Shown piece after piece: positions 25,345-34,390 of a stretch of DNA of 61,618 bases. The stretch comes from an uncultured Bdellovibrionales bacterium (lineage in GTDB: Bacteria > Myxococcota > XYA12-FULL-58-9 > JASMKV01), in NCBI GenBank assembly GCA_964013445.1, contig CAXGWX010000002.1:1-61618 (forward strand), in the 5' to 3' direction. The number at the start of each line of letters is the position of its first letter. Position 1 is the first letter of the stretch. The position numbers and the translations under genes were made by a program. The notes beneath the pieces are model-generated. The model was not told the origin of the DNA and did no database searches. It worked only from the letters and a program-made list of their open reading frames with translations.

Positions 25345-27315
25345 ATGCTTGGAGTTCTTGGACGTTCGTTGATTCTACTTGCGTGTGCTTTTGCGAGCTG
25401 TGGAGCCATTTGCGGCTATTGGGGTGGATTTAAAAGGGACACAAGACTGCTGAAATGGAGCAGCCGCTGCATTTATCTTTTTTCGTTGGCCATGTTGGCG
25501 GCGAATGGGGTGATGGTTTACGCCCTGCTCGTTCATGATTTTTCAATTTCATATGTTGCTCAAGTGGGAAGTCGTTCAACCCCAACCTTATTTACAATAG
25601 CCTCTCTTTGGTCTTCCCTTGAGGGTTCGATTTTGTTCTGGGGATTGATTTTGGGCGGCTATATTAGCGTCTTTAATTTTGCCTACAGGAACAGGTACCG
25701 AGCCTATATGCCCTTTGCCTTGGCAACTTTGCATTTTATTGCAGTGTTTTTTGCTCTTCTTATCTCTGGACCAGCTGATCCTTTTGAGCCGGTTTTTCCC
25801 GTGCCTGAGGATGGGCCGGGGCCAAATGCATTATTGCAGAACCATATCTTAATGCTGATCCATCCACCGATGCTTTACCTTGGCTATGTGGGCATGAGTG
25901 TGCCTTTTGCCATCGCTGTTGCTGCCTTGCTCAAAGGTGAGTTGGCCGAGGGCTGGTTAAAGCCTTTACGGCAGTGGACTCTCATCCCGTGGGCCTTTTT
26001 AACTGTCGGGATTATATTGGGGGGTTGGTGGGCCTATGAGGTATTGGGCTGGGGCGGTTATTGGGCCTGGGATCCGGTGGAAAACGCCTCATTTCTTCCA
26101 TGGCTCGCTGCTACTGCTTATTTGCATTCGACCATTGTGCAAGAGCGGAAAAAGATTCTTAAGGTTTGGACTTTGAGCTTGGTGTTGAGTGCTTTTCTTT
26201 TGACGATTTTAGGGACTTTTATGACCCGAAGCGGTGTTTTTAACTCCGTTCATTCTTTTACACAGAGTTCTATTGGGCCAACATTTTTAGTTTTTCTGGG
26301 CATCGTGTTGATTTTTTCTGTTGGACTCCTGGCGGGCCGTTCCCATCTTCTTGAAAGCGAAGGACGTGTGGGGTCACTCTTAAGTCGGGAGTCGGCCTTT
26401 CTCTTAAATAATCTCGTTTTTGCTGTTTTTACTTTCACGGTGCTGCTGGGCACAGTTTTCCCCTTGCTGACAGAAGCATTTAAGGGTGTGCGGGTGAGTG
26501 TGGGGGAGCCTTATTTTAACAAGATGGCCGTGCCGCTTGGACTTCTTCTGGTGTTTTTGATGGGGGTCGGACCGGTCTTGCCATGGGGACAGCCAAGACT
26601 TGATGTTTTATTGAAGCGTTTCTTGCTGCCCTTAGGCGTAGGGTTGTTGGCGGTTGTTGGTGGAGTGCTCCTGGGACTTGATGATGTGCTGGTTCTTCTG
26701 ACATTTTTGTTGGTCGGATTTGCCACCACCACAAGTTTTATCGAAATGTTTGGTCCCGCCTTGAGTCGTGCCCGGGAGCGTCAGGAGCCGTACTGGCCGG
26801 TGTTCTGGCGGATGTTCAAAACAGGGCGTCGTCGCTATGGTGGTCATATTGTCCATCTCGCCGTGTTTATGATGGTTACGGCGATTGCGGTTTCGCAAAG
26901 CTATAAAACCAGCATTGAAGCCTCCTTGAAGCAGGGCGAGTCGATGCAAATTAACGATTATACTATAACCTATAAGACCACTGAGGGGCGGCAGGAACCG
27001 CACCGCTTTAGCGTGGGGGCGCTGGTTGATGTGTTCAAGAACGATGTTCGCATCGGAGAGATGGAGCCGAAGCTTAATTACTATCAGACACAGCGCGAGC
27101 CCATTGGAACTCCGGCGGTTAAGACGATGGCTTCAGAAGATTTGTATCTCAGTTTACTTTCCTTTGAGAAGGATCGTTCAAGGGTTGCGATTAAGGCCTA
27201 TGTTTTACCTATGGTCGTATGGATATGGGTGACCATTCCACTTTTTGTTTTGGGCGCCTGCGTGGCCTTTTGGCCGAAGACTCGCCGCTCTCAAGCAGAA
27301 AAGGCTCAAGCATGA
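25345..27315 (+). CDS. ccmF: Cytochrome c-type biogenesis heme lyase CcmF
   Basis: 656 aa, polytopic. WWD-type motif WGGYWAWDPVENASFLPW. Confidence 0.9.
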   Translation: MLGVLGRSLILLACAFASCGAICGYWGGFKRDTRLLKWSSRCIYLFSLAMLAANGVMVYALLVHDFSISYVAQVGSRSTPTLFTIASLWSSLEGSILFWGLILGGYISVFNFAYRNRYRAYMPFALATLHFIAVFFALLISGPADPFEPVFPVPEDGPGPNALLQNHILMLIHPPMLYLGYVGMSVPFAIAVAALLKGELAEGWLKPLRQWTLIPWAFLTVGIILGGWWAYEVLGWGGYWAWDPVENASFLPWLAATAYLHSTIVQERKKILKVWTLSLVLSAFLLTILGTFMTRSGVFNSVHSFTQSSIGPTFLVFLGIVLIFSVGLLAGRSHLLESEGRVGSLLSRESAFLLNNLVFAVFTFTVLLGTVFPLLTEAFKGVRVSVGEPYFNKMAVPLGLLLVFLMGVGPVLPWGQPRLDVLLKRFLLPLGVGLLAVVGGVLLGLDDVLVLLTFLLVGFATTTSFIEMFGPALSRARERQEPYWPVFWRMFKTGRRRYGGHIVHLAVFMMVTAIAVSQSYKTSIEASLKQGESMQINDYTITYKTTEGRQEPHRFSVGALVDVFKNDVRIGEMEPKLNYYQTQREPIGTPAVKTMASEDLYLSLLSFEKDRSRVAIKAYVLPMVVWIWVTIPLFVLGACVAFWPKTRRSQAEKAQA

Positions 27316-27830
27316 ATTGGCGGCGGGCATGGATTAGCGGATTCTTAGTACTGCCATTTCTTGTATTGTTGGCTTTGGGCTTTGGTACAGATCCACATGC
27401 GGTGCCCTTTGTCTTAAAAGGTGAGCCGGCACCAGCCTTTCGCCTGGAGAGTTTGTCCGGTGAACCTGTTTCGCTTGAATCCTATCAAGGCAAACCCGTT
27501 GTCATGAATTTTTGGGCATCTTGGTGTGAACCCTGTAAGCTTGAACATCGGCTCTTACAAAATGCAGCTCGACGGTTTGCCGGTGAAGTCGTTTTTCTTG
27601 GGGTGGTTTACCAGGACACAAAAGAGGCCGCGGTGGATTTCTTGAATAAATATGGTAACGAGATGACTCAGCTTCTCGATCCAGATTCGAAGACAGCTAT
27701 TGATTATGGCGTGTCTGGAGTACCTGAAAGTTTTTTCATTAACCGAAAAGGTCAGGTTGTTTATAAAGAGCCCGGTGTATTAACCCCAGAACGTCTGTTT
27801 GGGGAGCTGGAAAAGATTATGCGGGATTAG
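27312..27830 (+). CDS. ccmG: Thiol:disulfide oxidoreductase CcmG/DsbE
   Basis: TM anchor plus the thioredoxin motif WASWCEPC. ATG 27312 overlaps the ccmF stop (ATGA). The ORF-track start 27219 lies inside ccmF. Confidence 0.85.
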   Translation: MNWRRAWISGFLVLPFLVLLALGFGTDPHAVPFVLKGEPAPAFRLESLSGEPVSLESYQGKPVVMNFWASWCEPCKLEHRLLQNAARRFAGEVVFLGVVYQDTKEAAVDFLNKYGNEMTQLLDPDSKTAIDYGVSGVPESFFINRKGQVVYKEPGVLTPERLFGELEKIMRD

Positions 27831-27836
27831 GTTTTG

Positions 27837-28295
27837 ATGCGTTATCTCTATTTAGGAATCATTGTTGTATTTCTCTTTGGTCAGGAAAGTCGGGCAGAGT
27901 CCCGCTTGACCGGAGCAGAGAAGGCCAAGGCTGAAGCGATTGGGGCAGTACTCCGTTGCCCTGTTTGCCAAGGTATGCCAATCGTCGATTCACCGGCCAA
28001 AATGGCCATAGAAATGATGGATGTGGTTAACGAAAAAGTTGCCGCTGGTGAATCTGAAGAAGAAATCATCAATTATTTTATTGGTCGATATGGTGAATGG
28101 GTTTTATTACGGCCGACAGCAAAAGGATTTAATGTCTTAGTGTGGATTTTACCTCCTTTGGCTCTTTTGCTGGCTTTTGCTTTTATCGTCTATAGGGCGA
28201 GAGGGGCTGGGAAGAGAGAAGCTGTTGAGGATAAATCTGGGGATGGTTCAGAGGATTCGACACTTGATGCGGTTCGTAAAGAAGTAGAACTATAA
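27837..28295 (+). CDS. ccmH: Cytochrome c-type biogenesis protein CcmH
   Basis: Signal peptide, the LRCPVCQG motif, and a C-terminal TM helix. The ORF-track start 27834 is TTG; the adjacent ATG is 27837. Confidence 0.85.
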   Translation: MRYLYLGIIVVFLFGQESRAESRLTGAEKAKAEAIGAVLRCPVCQGMPIVDSPAKMAIEMMDVVNEKVAAGESEEEIINYFIGRYGEWVLLRPTAKGFNVLVWILPPLALLLAFAFIVYRARGAGKREAVEDKSGDGSEDSTLDAVRKEVEL

Positions 28296-28311
28296 GAAGT
28301 ACGGTAAGTTT

Positions 28312-29256
28312 ATGTGGGAAATATTTATGGAAGAATGGTTACACGGAAGCATCGCCACTCTCATGGGGCTGGCTTTTGGTTTGTGGGTCATCACCCGATA
28401 TAGAACAAAGGATTTTGGCGACGATTTGGATGCAACCCTGGCAGATCTGGAAGAAGCGGTTGAGCATGCGATTTCGCAGTTGCGAGATTTAGAGCAACAA
28501 AAGCATCTCTTAGCAGCGTCAGTTTATGAGGAACAGAAAGTCGAGTTTGAACGACGTGCGGGGCAGGCAATGAAAGAGCTTGAGGCAAAGCAGAAGAAAG
28601 CGGAGCAGGAAAAGAAAATGCAGAAGACAAAAAATAAAACCTCTAAAAAAGATGATGAGGTCAGCGGTGCTCTTGGCTTTTTGGCAGCCCGTCCAGAGCT
28701 TAAAGGTTTTCTTTGGGGAGGGGTTTTAGTTACTGCAATTTTCTTACTTTGGCGTTTTGTCGAACAAGAGCAAAAGCCGAGGGAAGATCCAATGCCGCAG
28801 GCGCGTAATGAAGCCAGTGCTAATCCACACAGCGGTGATGGTGAATTGATGGAATGGATTGCTAAGCTAAAAGAGAACCCAAAAGATTTAGATACCATGG
28901 CAAAGTTGGTTAAGCGTCTTTTGCGTACCCAGATGTTTAAGGAAGCAGCTATCCTGATTGAAAGGGCTCGGGCTGTTGATGCCGAACGGGTTGATTTCCA
29001 GGTCTATGAAGCTGTCCTAAAGAGTGCCAATGGAGATCAGGAGGGAGCGGATCAGGCTTTAGATGCATTGGTTTCAGCCTACCCTGATGCGGAAGAGGCA
29101 TGGTTTTTTCGAGGCATGTTAGCGATGCAGAGCGGTAAAGCGGAGCGTATGCAGGAGAGCTTTGAGCGTTACGTTGATGTTGCCCCTGATGGTCCGAAGA
29201 AGGAGCGCATTAAGCGCATGCTTGCGGGCGGCGGTATCCAGATGCCACAAAACTAG
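28312..29256 (+). CDS. ccmI: CcmI/CycH-like TPR protein
   Basis: Architecture is TM1, a charged coiled-coil loop, TM2, then a C-terminal TPR-like region. That matches CcmI, and the gene directly follows ccmH. ATG 28327 is an alternative start. Confidence 0.6.
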   Translation: MWEIFMEEWLHGSIATLMGLAFGLWVITRYRTKDFGDDLDATLADLEEAVEHAISQLRDLEQQKHLLAASVYEEQKVEFERRAGQAMKELEAKQKKAEQEKKMQKTKNKTSKKDDEVSGALGFLAARPELKGFLWGGVLVTAIFLLWRFVEQEQKPREDPMPQARNEASANPHSGDGELMEWIAKLKENPKDLDTMAKLVKRLLRTQMFKEAAILIERARAVDAERVDFQVYEAVLKSANGDQEGADQALDALVSAYPDAEEAWFFRGMLAMQSGKAERMQESFERYVDVAPDGPKKERIKRMLAGGGIQMPQN

Positions 29257-29260
29257 AGTG

Positions 29261-30145
29261 TTAGTTCGGCTTTGCGCCGACAAGAAATAGTCTTGCGCCC
29301 TTAGCTTTCTTTTCTACAACGATAAAACCAAGTTGTTGCGCTGTTTCCGTAAATACATTTAAAGCGTCATTAAGTGTTTTTCCCTGCAAGAAAACACTCA
29401 TTTTTGCCTCTGGTCGATTGCATTTCATGTTGGGCATGACCAGAACCTGAGCATTTTTTATGGTTTGGTTCATGGCCATGGCAATATGGCAAACAGATTC
29501 GTCGCTAAAACTGTCCATCGGATTTTTCTTGGTACGCTTTGCTGGATAACCGTCTTTATCCAGATCGAAATGTACTTCAGGAAGCCAGTTGCCAGTCAGA
29601 AAGTCTGCTTGCCAGCGAATATAGTCGTCCGGATTTAGATTTTCAGCCATGCCACCTATAAAGAGGCTTAAGGCGGCAGCTCTGCGTGTGATCCTGTCGT
29701 TAGGTCCAGGCTTTTCGATAATTCCCTGCCACTCATCAAGAAACCAGGCCAAGAGCTCAGCTCCTCGTTGCGCCTTTGCTCTGCGCAGGCCAACAATCTG
29801 TGCTTCACCAGTTTTAACAAATTTTTGTTTAACTTTTTGCGGCATGGGCACAACCTTTTGCGGCTGAGCAGCATCGCGCATATTTTTGTATTCAGCGCTA
29901 CGTTTAAGCTTATCGATGGTGTCTTCTTGCTCTCTGACTTGAATCTTGAGTTGTGCGAGCTCTTTTTTCACTTTTTTTGGCTCTTGTTCTGCAAAGGTTA
30001 TTCCGACAAATGCCCCTGCGACAAAAACGCCTAAGCCGAGAAAGGTCTGCCTGAAGAGGCGCTTTTGTCCCGGTGGCATTTCAGGGATCATTGGCTTTTC
30101 GTGTTTGGGGAGGTCCCTGGAAAAGTATTTGCCGTTTTTGCTCAT
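29261..30145 (-). CDS. Hypothetical bitopic membrane protein (294 aa)
   Basis: Short N-terminal cytoplasmic segment, one TM (FLGLGVFVAGAFVGITF), a coiled coil, then a ~200-aa globular part with no motif I recognise. It lies 7 nt downstream of the acyltransferase gene. Confidence 0.5.
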   Translation of the reverse strand: MSKNGKYFSRDLPKHEKPMIPEMPPGQKRLFRQTFLGLGVFVAGAFVGITFAEQEPKKVKKELAQLKIQVREQEDTIDKLKRSAEYKNMRDAAQPQKVVPMPQKVKQKFVKTGEAQIVGLRRAKAQRGAELLAWFLDEWQGIIEKPGPNDRITRRAAALSLFIGGMAENLNPDDYIRWQADFLTGNWLPEVHFDLDKDGYPAKRTKKNPMDSFSDESVCHIAMAMNQTIKNAQVLVMPNMKCNRPEAKMSVFLQGKTLNDALNVFTETAQQLGFIVVEKKAKGARLFLVGAKPN

Positions 30146-30152
30146 CTTCCTA

Positions 30153-31067
30153 TTACTCTAGCAGCTTAAGTAGGTCTTTGGGAATATTCCAATCATCTGG
30201 TTTGTCGTGGGCTTTCCAGCGTTTATGTTGCCAAAGCCATTGCCCAGGGTATCTTTGTAGGTCAGCTTCAATAATTCTGTTGATGCGTTCCGTATTTGTT
30301 CTCAGGATTTCGTCCTCTTCGCCATCCAGATCCAGCAAAAACTCTTCCCGATAGTTTATTTGATGTTTTCCGGGCTCTTGACGGATTGCGGCTTGGCACG
30401 GAATAATTTTGGCCCCCGTCTCTCGGGCAAAGCGGGTTGGTGCCGGTGTGGTTGACGCGAGTTGGCCAAAGAAATCGCAGATCAGTCCACGGTGCGCGGG
30501 CATGTGTTGATCGACAACCATATACACCGTTTCTCCTTGGTTTAGGGCTTGAGTAATTTGTTCTTTGGAGCGTCGAGTAGGGATTCTTTTTACTCCAAAT
30601 TTTTGCAGCGTTTCAAAATAGAAGCGCTCTGCTGCTTTGTTGTGCATGCCTTTTGCTATGACGTTAACAGGGACACCGCGGACAGCTTCTGCGCAGCCAC
30701 AGGCAACAATATTGCCAAAATGACCCGCAAAAACGATGACGCCCTTTTCTTGAGCAAGAGCATTATCAAGGTGCTCGCTTCCGTGAACGGAGACTAAGGA
30801 TAATAGCTTTTCCTGAGAAGTATAATGTAAGCGAAGAGTTTCAATACCAACGATGGCGAGTGTTTGATAGGATTCAAGTGCGATTTTTCGTTTCTCAGTG
30901 CTGGTAAGTGTTTCTCCGTAAACGCGGTCAATATTCTCTAAGGTGACTTTTCGGCGGACAGGTATGAAGTAATATATCAAGGTGCCGATAAGGCGAGCTA
31001 CAATATGGCAAAGGCTGGTAGGGATTAAACTTAGGCCGAAGGCAACGATAGAGATTAAATAGTACAT
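30153..31067 (-). CDS. Lipid A biosynthesis (LpxL/HtrB/PatA-type) acyltransferase family protein
   Basis: N-terminal TM, family-typical motifs AGHFGN..., VVDQH... and a C-terminal YPGQWLWQHKRWK. 304 aa. Confidence 0.75.
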   Translation of the reverse strand: MYYLISIVAFGLSLIPTSLCHIVARLIGTLIYYFIPVRRKVTLENIDRVYGETLTSTEKRKIALESYQTLAIVGIETLRLHYTSQEKLLSLVSVHGSEHLDNALAQEKGVIVFAGHFGNIVACGCAEAVRGVPVNVIAKGMHNKAAERFYFETLQKFGVKRIPTRRSKEQITQALNQGETVYMVVDQHMPAHRGLICDFFGQLASTTPAPTRFARETGAKIIPCQAAIRQEPGKHQINYREEFLLDLDGEEDEILRTNTERINRIIEADLQRYPGQWLWQHKRWKAHDKPDDWNIPKDLLKLLE

Positions 31068-31200
31068 TGAGTTGTTTACTTTTTACCTTAATACAGCTCA
31101 AAAGGGGAAGGGTTTTTCCTGAGGCCGGGGATTAAATTGTTGCAATTTTGTATAGCTCCGTAAATGATGGCAAGCAAGCCTGGAGCGTGATGAGGTCTGA

Positions 31201-32460
31201 ATGCTAAGCCGTGTATCGACAATTTTTGAAGAAATAAAACGCGACTGTCAGGGGCGCTTTGGGCCGGTACTGTTTATTTCATTGATGGGCATGATGCTTC
31301 TTGCATCTTATGCCATTGCCAGGCCAGGGATTGAATCTCTTTTTCTCAAGGAGTATGGGGCCGAAGGACTGCCGGCGGTGTGGGTAGCGGTGGCGATAGC
31401 TGCATTAATCGTCGTACGGGTATATAACGGCTTTGCGGGGCGCTATGATTTTAGAAGACTGTATGGCGGGGCCTCTTTTGTTTTTTCACTCATCTTTATT
31501 CTCTTGATGGTGGCTTATCAGTACGACGTTCCACACAGTGTTTTTGCTCTCTATGTCTGGAAAGACATTTATATTGTGGTGCTTATCGAAATCTTTTGGA
31601 GTCTTGCAAATGTATTGTTTGAAACCAAAAGTGCTCGATGGATTTACGGTATTTTTCTTTTGGCTGGGTCATTCGGTACAAAAGTCGCTCTGAAGATTAA
31701 TAAGATATTCTTGATCGACCTTTTGGGCACAGAAGGAACACTTTGGATTGTTTTGCCGCTCTTGATGCTTTCCACGCTGATGTTGAAATTTGTGCGCGCT
31801 CATATGCAAGCCCCCTTGCCTGCTCACCAAGCAAGTCGTCAGGTTTTTAAAGAGGGTTTTGATATTTTAAAGCGAAGCTCTTATCTGGGGTTCATGCTAT
31901 TGCTGATTGCTTTGACCCAGGTAGCCATTACTCTTATTGATTATCAGTTTAATGCGGTCGTTGAACAGGCTTATCCTTTGACCAACGAGCGCAATAAAGT
32001 TATTTCCGATATTTATGATACGATTGAAACTTGCTCCTTACTCCTACAGGCGTTGACGGGCTTTGTTTTGCGCTGGTTGGGTGTGGGTAGAACCCTTTTT
32101 GCTATCCCCCTTCTTTTAGGAAGTGCGGTTGTGCTCTTTGCTTTGGTTCCGAAATACACTTTTGCGGCGCTCGCAAAGGTTGCCTCGAAGGCATTTGATT
32201 ACTCAATATTCCGCGCGGCGAAAGAGATGCTCTATATACCGCTGAGCTATCGGGAAAAGACTCAAGGCAAGGCCTTTGTGGATATGCTCACCTATCGTGT
32301 GGCTAAAGGAGCCGTTTCCGCCCTTCTCTTGTTTCTTGTTTATCTTGATGCAGGTGGAGTGATCTCGTTTTTATGTTTAGGGGTTATTGTTTTGTGGCTT
32401 GTTGTTACACGTTTGATTGTAAGGCGCTATCAAGCAATTACTCTTAAACAGTCCAGCTAG
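31201..32460 (+). CDS. Polytopic transporter resembling the ATP:ADP antiporter (AAA/TLC, Npt) family
   Basis: About 11-12 TM segments. The N-terminal pattern SYAIARPGIESLFLKEYGAEGLPAVWVAVAIAALIVVRVYN parallels NYTILRDxKDxL...GAExIPFIKxW of TLC-type transporters. At 419 aa it is shorter than classical Npt1. Confidence 0.55.
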   Translation: MLSRVSTIFEEIKRDCQGRFGPVLFISLMGMMLLASYAIARPGIESLFLKEYGAEGLPAVWVAVAIAALIVVRVYNGFAGRYDFRRLYGGASFVFSLIFILLMVAYQYDVPHSVFALYVWKDIYIVVLIEIFWSLANVLFETKSARWIYGIFLLAGSFGTKVALKINKIFLIDLLGTEGTLWIVLPLLMLSTLMLKFVRAHMQAPLPAHQASRQVFKEGFDILKRSSYLGFMLLLIALTQVAITLIDYQFNAVVEQAYPLTNERNKVISDIYDTIETCSLLLQALTGFVLRWLGVGRTLFAIPLLLGSAVVLFALVPKYTFAALAKVASKAFDYSIFRAAKEMLYIPLSYREKTQGKAFVDMLTYRVAKGAVSALLLFLVYLDAGGVISFLCLGVIVLWLVVTRLIVRRYQAITLKQSS

Positions 32461-33707
32461 AGGGCGGCAGTATTTCTTTGCTTTCGAGCTCTTTGGGAGA
32501 GGGCCAGAGCCCAAAAGATGATGGGGATAAATGCCATATAGCCTGTAAGCTCGGCGATAGCTGCTGGACTGAATCCCTGATCCATTAAATAGCCGGCGAG
32601 CCAGCTAAATATCGAGATGAAAAGTGTTATGCCTCCGAATTCGTAGGCAAAAATTCTACCGTGATATTGGGAATCACATTCGTTGTGGAGGAGTGTGTTG
32701 CTGAAGACCCAAACCATGCTCGTTCCCAGTGCGCCAACAAAGAATGCGCAAAGTGCCTGCCATAGCTCTGTGCTGTGGGCCAGGAAGATGTAGGCGCTGG
32801 CGGCACTTGCAAAGCCGACAAAAATCATCTTCCGCAATGTGGGAAGTTGATCACCAACGAAAATACGTATAACCATTGCCCCACAGACTGCGCCTAAGCC
32901 ACGATGAGCGTAGAGTAAGCCGACAAAAAGTGGGCCAGAATAGTCGTCAAATACTTCCGTTCCGTAAATTGGAATTAAAACAAAAGCTCCGCCTAAAAAT
33001 CCTATCATTGGTTTTAAGGAGGAAAGAATGAGCAGATATTTTTCTTTCCAGAGGTAAGCCATTCCCGCCCGCATCGTTTGTTGTTGGCTTTCCTGCTTGG
33101 CGGGAGGCATGGGGGGCAGGGGCAAAATGAGTATAAATGCGCAAACAAAAGTAAGGGCGTCACAGAAAAATGCAGCAGCGATTCCTAAATGCTGGGTCAC
33201 GATTCCACCAAGAGCGGCACCAATAGCCAAACAGATTGACCAGGTACCCCCACCGAGGGCGTTGGCCGTAGCCAGATGATGTTTGGGGACCACCATCGGC
33301 ACAATCGCGCTCTTGGCAGGCGCGGCCACTCCCTCACATCCCATCATAATAAATGAGAGCAGATAAAGGCCCACTAAGCTTTCGAAGTGGTAGGCGGGTA
33401 TAAGAGCCAATGCGCTGGCAAAGCGAAGAAAATCAAGAATCAGTAAAAGCTTACGTCGATCATAGCGGTCGATCAGCGGGCCAGCTATCGGCGCGACAAG
33501 AAAACCGGGAAGCATTTTTACGACCATGACCAGAGCGATTGCTTGCGCACTATCCGACAGTTCTTGAACGGCGGTATATATTGCGACCGTATTGAACCAG
33601 TCTCCGACGAAAGAGATAAATTCGCTTAGCCAGACGTTGGTGAAATGGGGATAAGTGCGTACAAGATTTCTGTAGCTGATGGGTTTATGTGAAACTTTTA
33701 CAGACAA
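32457..33707 (-). CDS. MFS transporter
   Basis: 416 aa with about 12 TM segments. It has the loop 2-3 motif GPLIDRYDRRK typical of the major facilitator superfamily. Confidence 0.8.
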   Translation of the reverse strand: MSVKVSHKPISYRNLVRTYPHFTNVWLSEFISFVGDWFNTVAIYTAVQELSDSAQAIALVMVVKMLPGFLVAPIAGPLIDRYDRRKLLLILDFLRFASALALIPAYHFESLVGLYLLSFIMMGCEGVAAPAKSAIVPMVVPKHHLATANALGGGTWSICLAIGAALGGIVTQHLGIAAAFFCDALTFVCAFILILPLPPMPPAKQESQQQTMRAGMAYLWKEKYLLILSSLKPMIGFLGGAFVLIPIYGTEVFDDYSGPLFVGLLYAHRGLGAVCGAMVIRIFVGDQLPTLRKMIFVGFASAASAYIFLAHSTELWQALCAFFVGALGTSMVWVFSNTLLHNECDSQYHGRIFAYEFGGITLFISIFSWLAGYLMDQGFSPAAIAELTGYMAFIPIIFWALALSQRARKQRNTAAL

Positions 33708-33731
33708 ATCAACCGAAGGCTTTCGGCACTT

Positions 33732-34355
33732 TTAAAACATACTTTGCGGCACATACACGATGTCGCCAGGTTCAAGACTAAAGTTCGGCTTTTTACCTTC
33801 ACCAATGGCTCGTACTGAAACTTGAATACGCTTTTCTTGACCTTCAATAAGCCGTGTGACGAAAGTGCCGTTGCGATCCGCAAACTTCGCAAAGCCACCG
33901 GCTAAGGTGATGGCCTGAATAATATTCATTCTATTTTCGTAATTAAAAGTTCCTGGGCGCTGAACTTCACCAAAGACAAAAACTTTTTTCGAGTTAAACT
34001 CTTTTATAAAGATGGAGACCTGTGGATCTACGAGAAATGCTTTAAGGTCGTTTTGAATTTTTTGACTTGATTGATTTGGAGTTAAACCAGCAATTTTGGT
34101 CGTACCAATTAAGGGAAAGTTAAAAGTCCCATCGCTGCCAACCCGATAAGTTCCGGACAAGTCCTCTTCCCGAAAAACTCTAACCTCAATGACATCTCCT
34201 GGTCCGAGGGTGGGCAGACTCATGGGTTGTGCTACCGGGGCTCCTGTTGGAACTGTTTGCCCGGTTTTGTGTGTCTCGGGAGAATGGGCGCAGCCATAAG
34301 CCATCGACAAGAAAAGGATGAAGGAGAGGCTGGCGTTTTTTAAAATTCTATTCAT
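33732..34355 (-). CDS. Polysaccharide export (Wza/Poly_export + SLBB type) outer-membrane lipoprotein
   Basis: Lipoprotein signal MNRILKNASLSFILFLSMAYGC from ATG 34355; the ORF-track start 34484 overlaps proS. It has the PGDVIEVRVF Poly_export motif and the SLBB-like end LEPGDIVYVP. Confidence 0.75.
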   Translation of the reverse strand: MNRILKNASLSFILFLSMAYGCAHSPETHKTGQTVPTGAPVAQPMSLPTLGPGDVIEVRVFREEDLSGTYRVGSDGTFNFPLIGTTKIAGLTPNQSSQKIQNDLKAFLVDPQVSIFIKEFNSKKVFVFGEVQRPGTFNYENRMNIIQAITLAGGFAKFADRNGTFVTRLIEGQEKRIQVSVRAIGEGKKPNFSLEPGDIVYVPQSMF

Positions 34356-34390
34356 GAATAAACTTCTTACGAATCGATTATATATCCATA

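Noticed and set aside
27219-27311. ORF-track N-terminal extensions that overlap upstream genes or precede obvious signal peptides (ccmG 27219-27311; also 34356-34484, 41451-41513, 54950-54997, 9667-9744, 24773-24844, 19487-19543, 4486-4527)
   Set aside because: In each case an internal ATG yields a canonical N-terminus (a signal peptide, lipobox or family-typical start). It also removes the overlap or creates an ATGA-type junction, so the extensions are treated as non-coding.
32457-32460. Palindromic CTAG that supplies the stop codons of both convergent transporter genes
   Set aside because: This is a curiosity of convergent gene packing with no evident functional implication.
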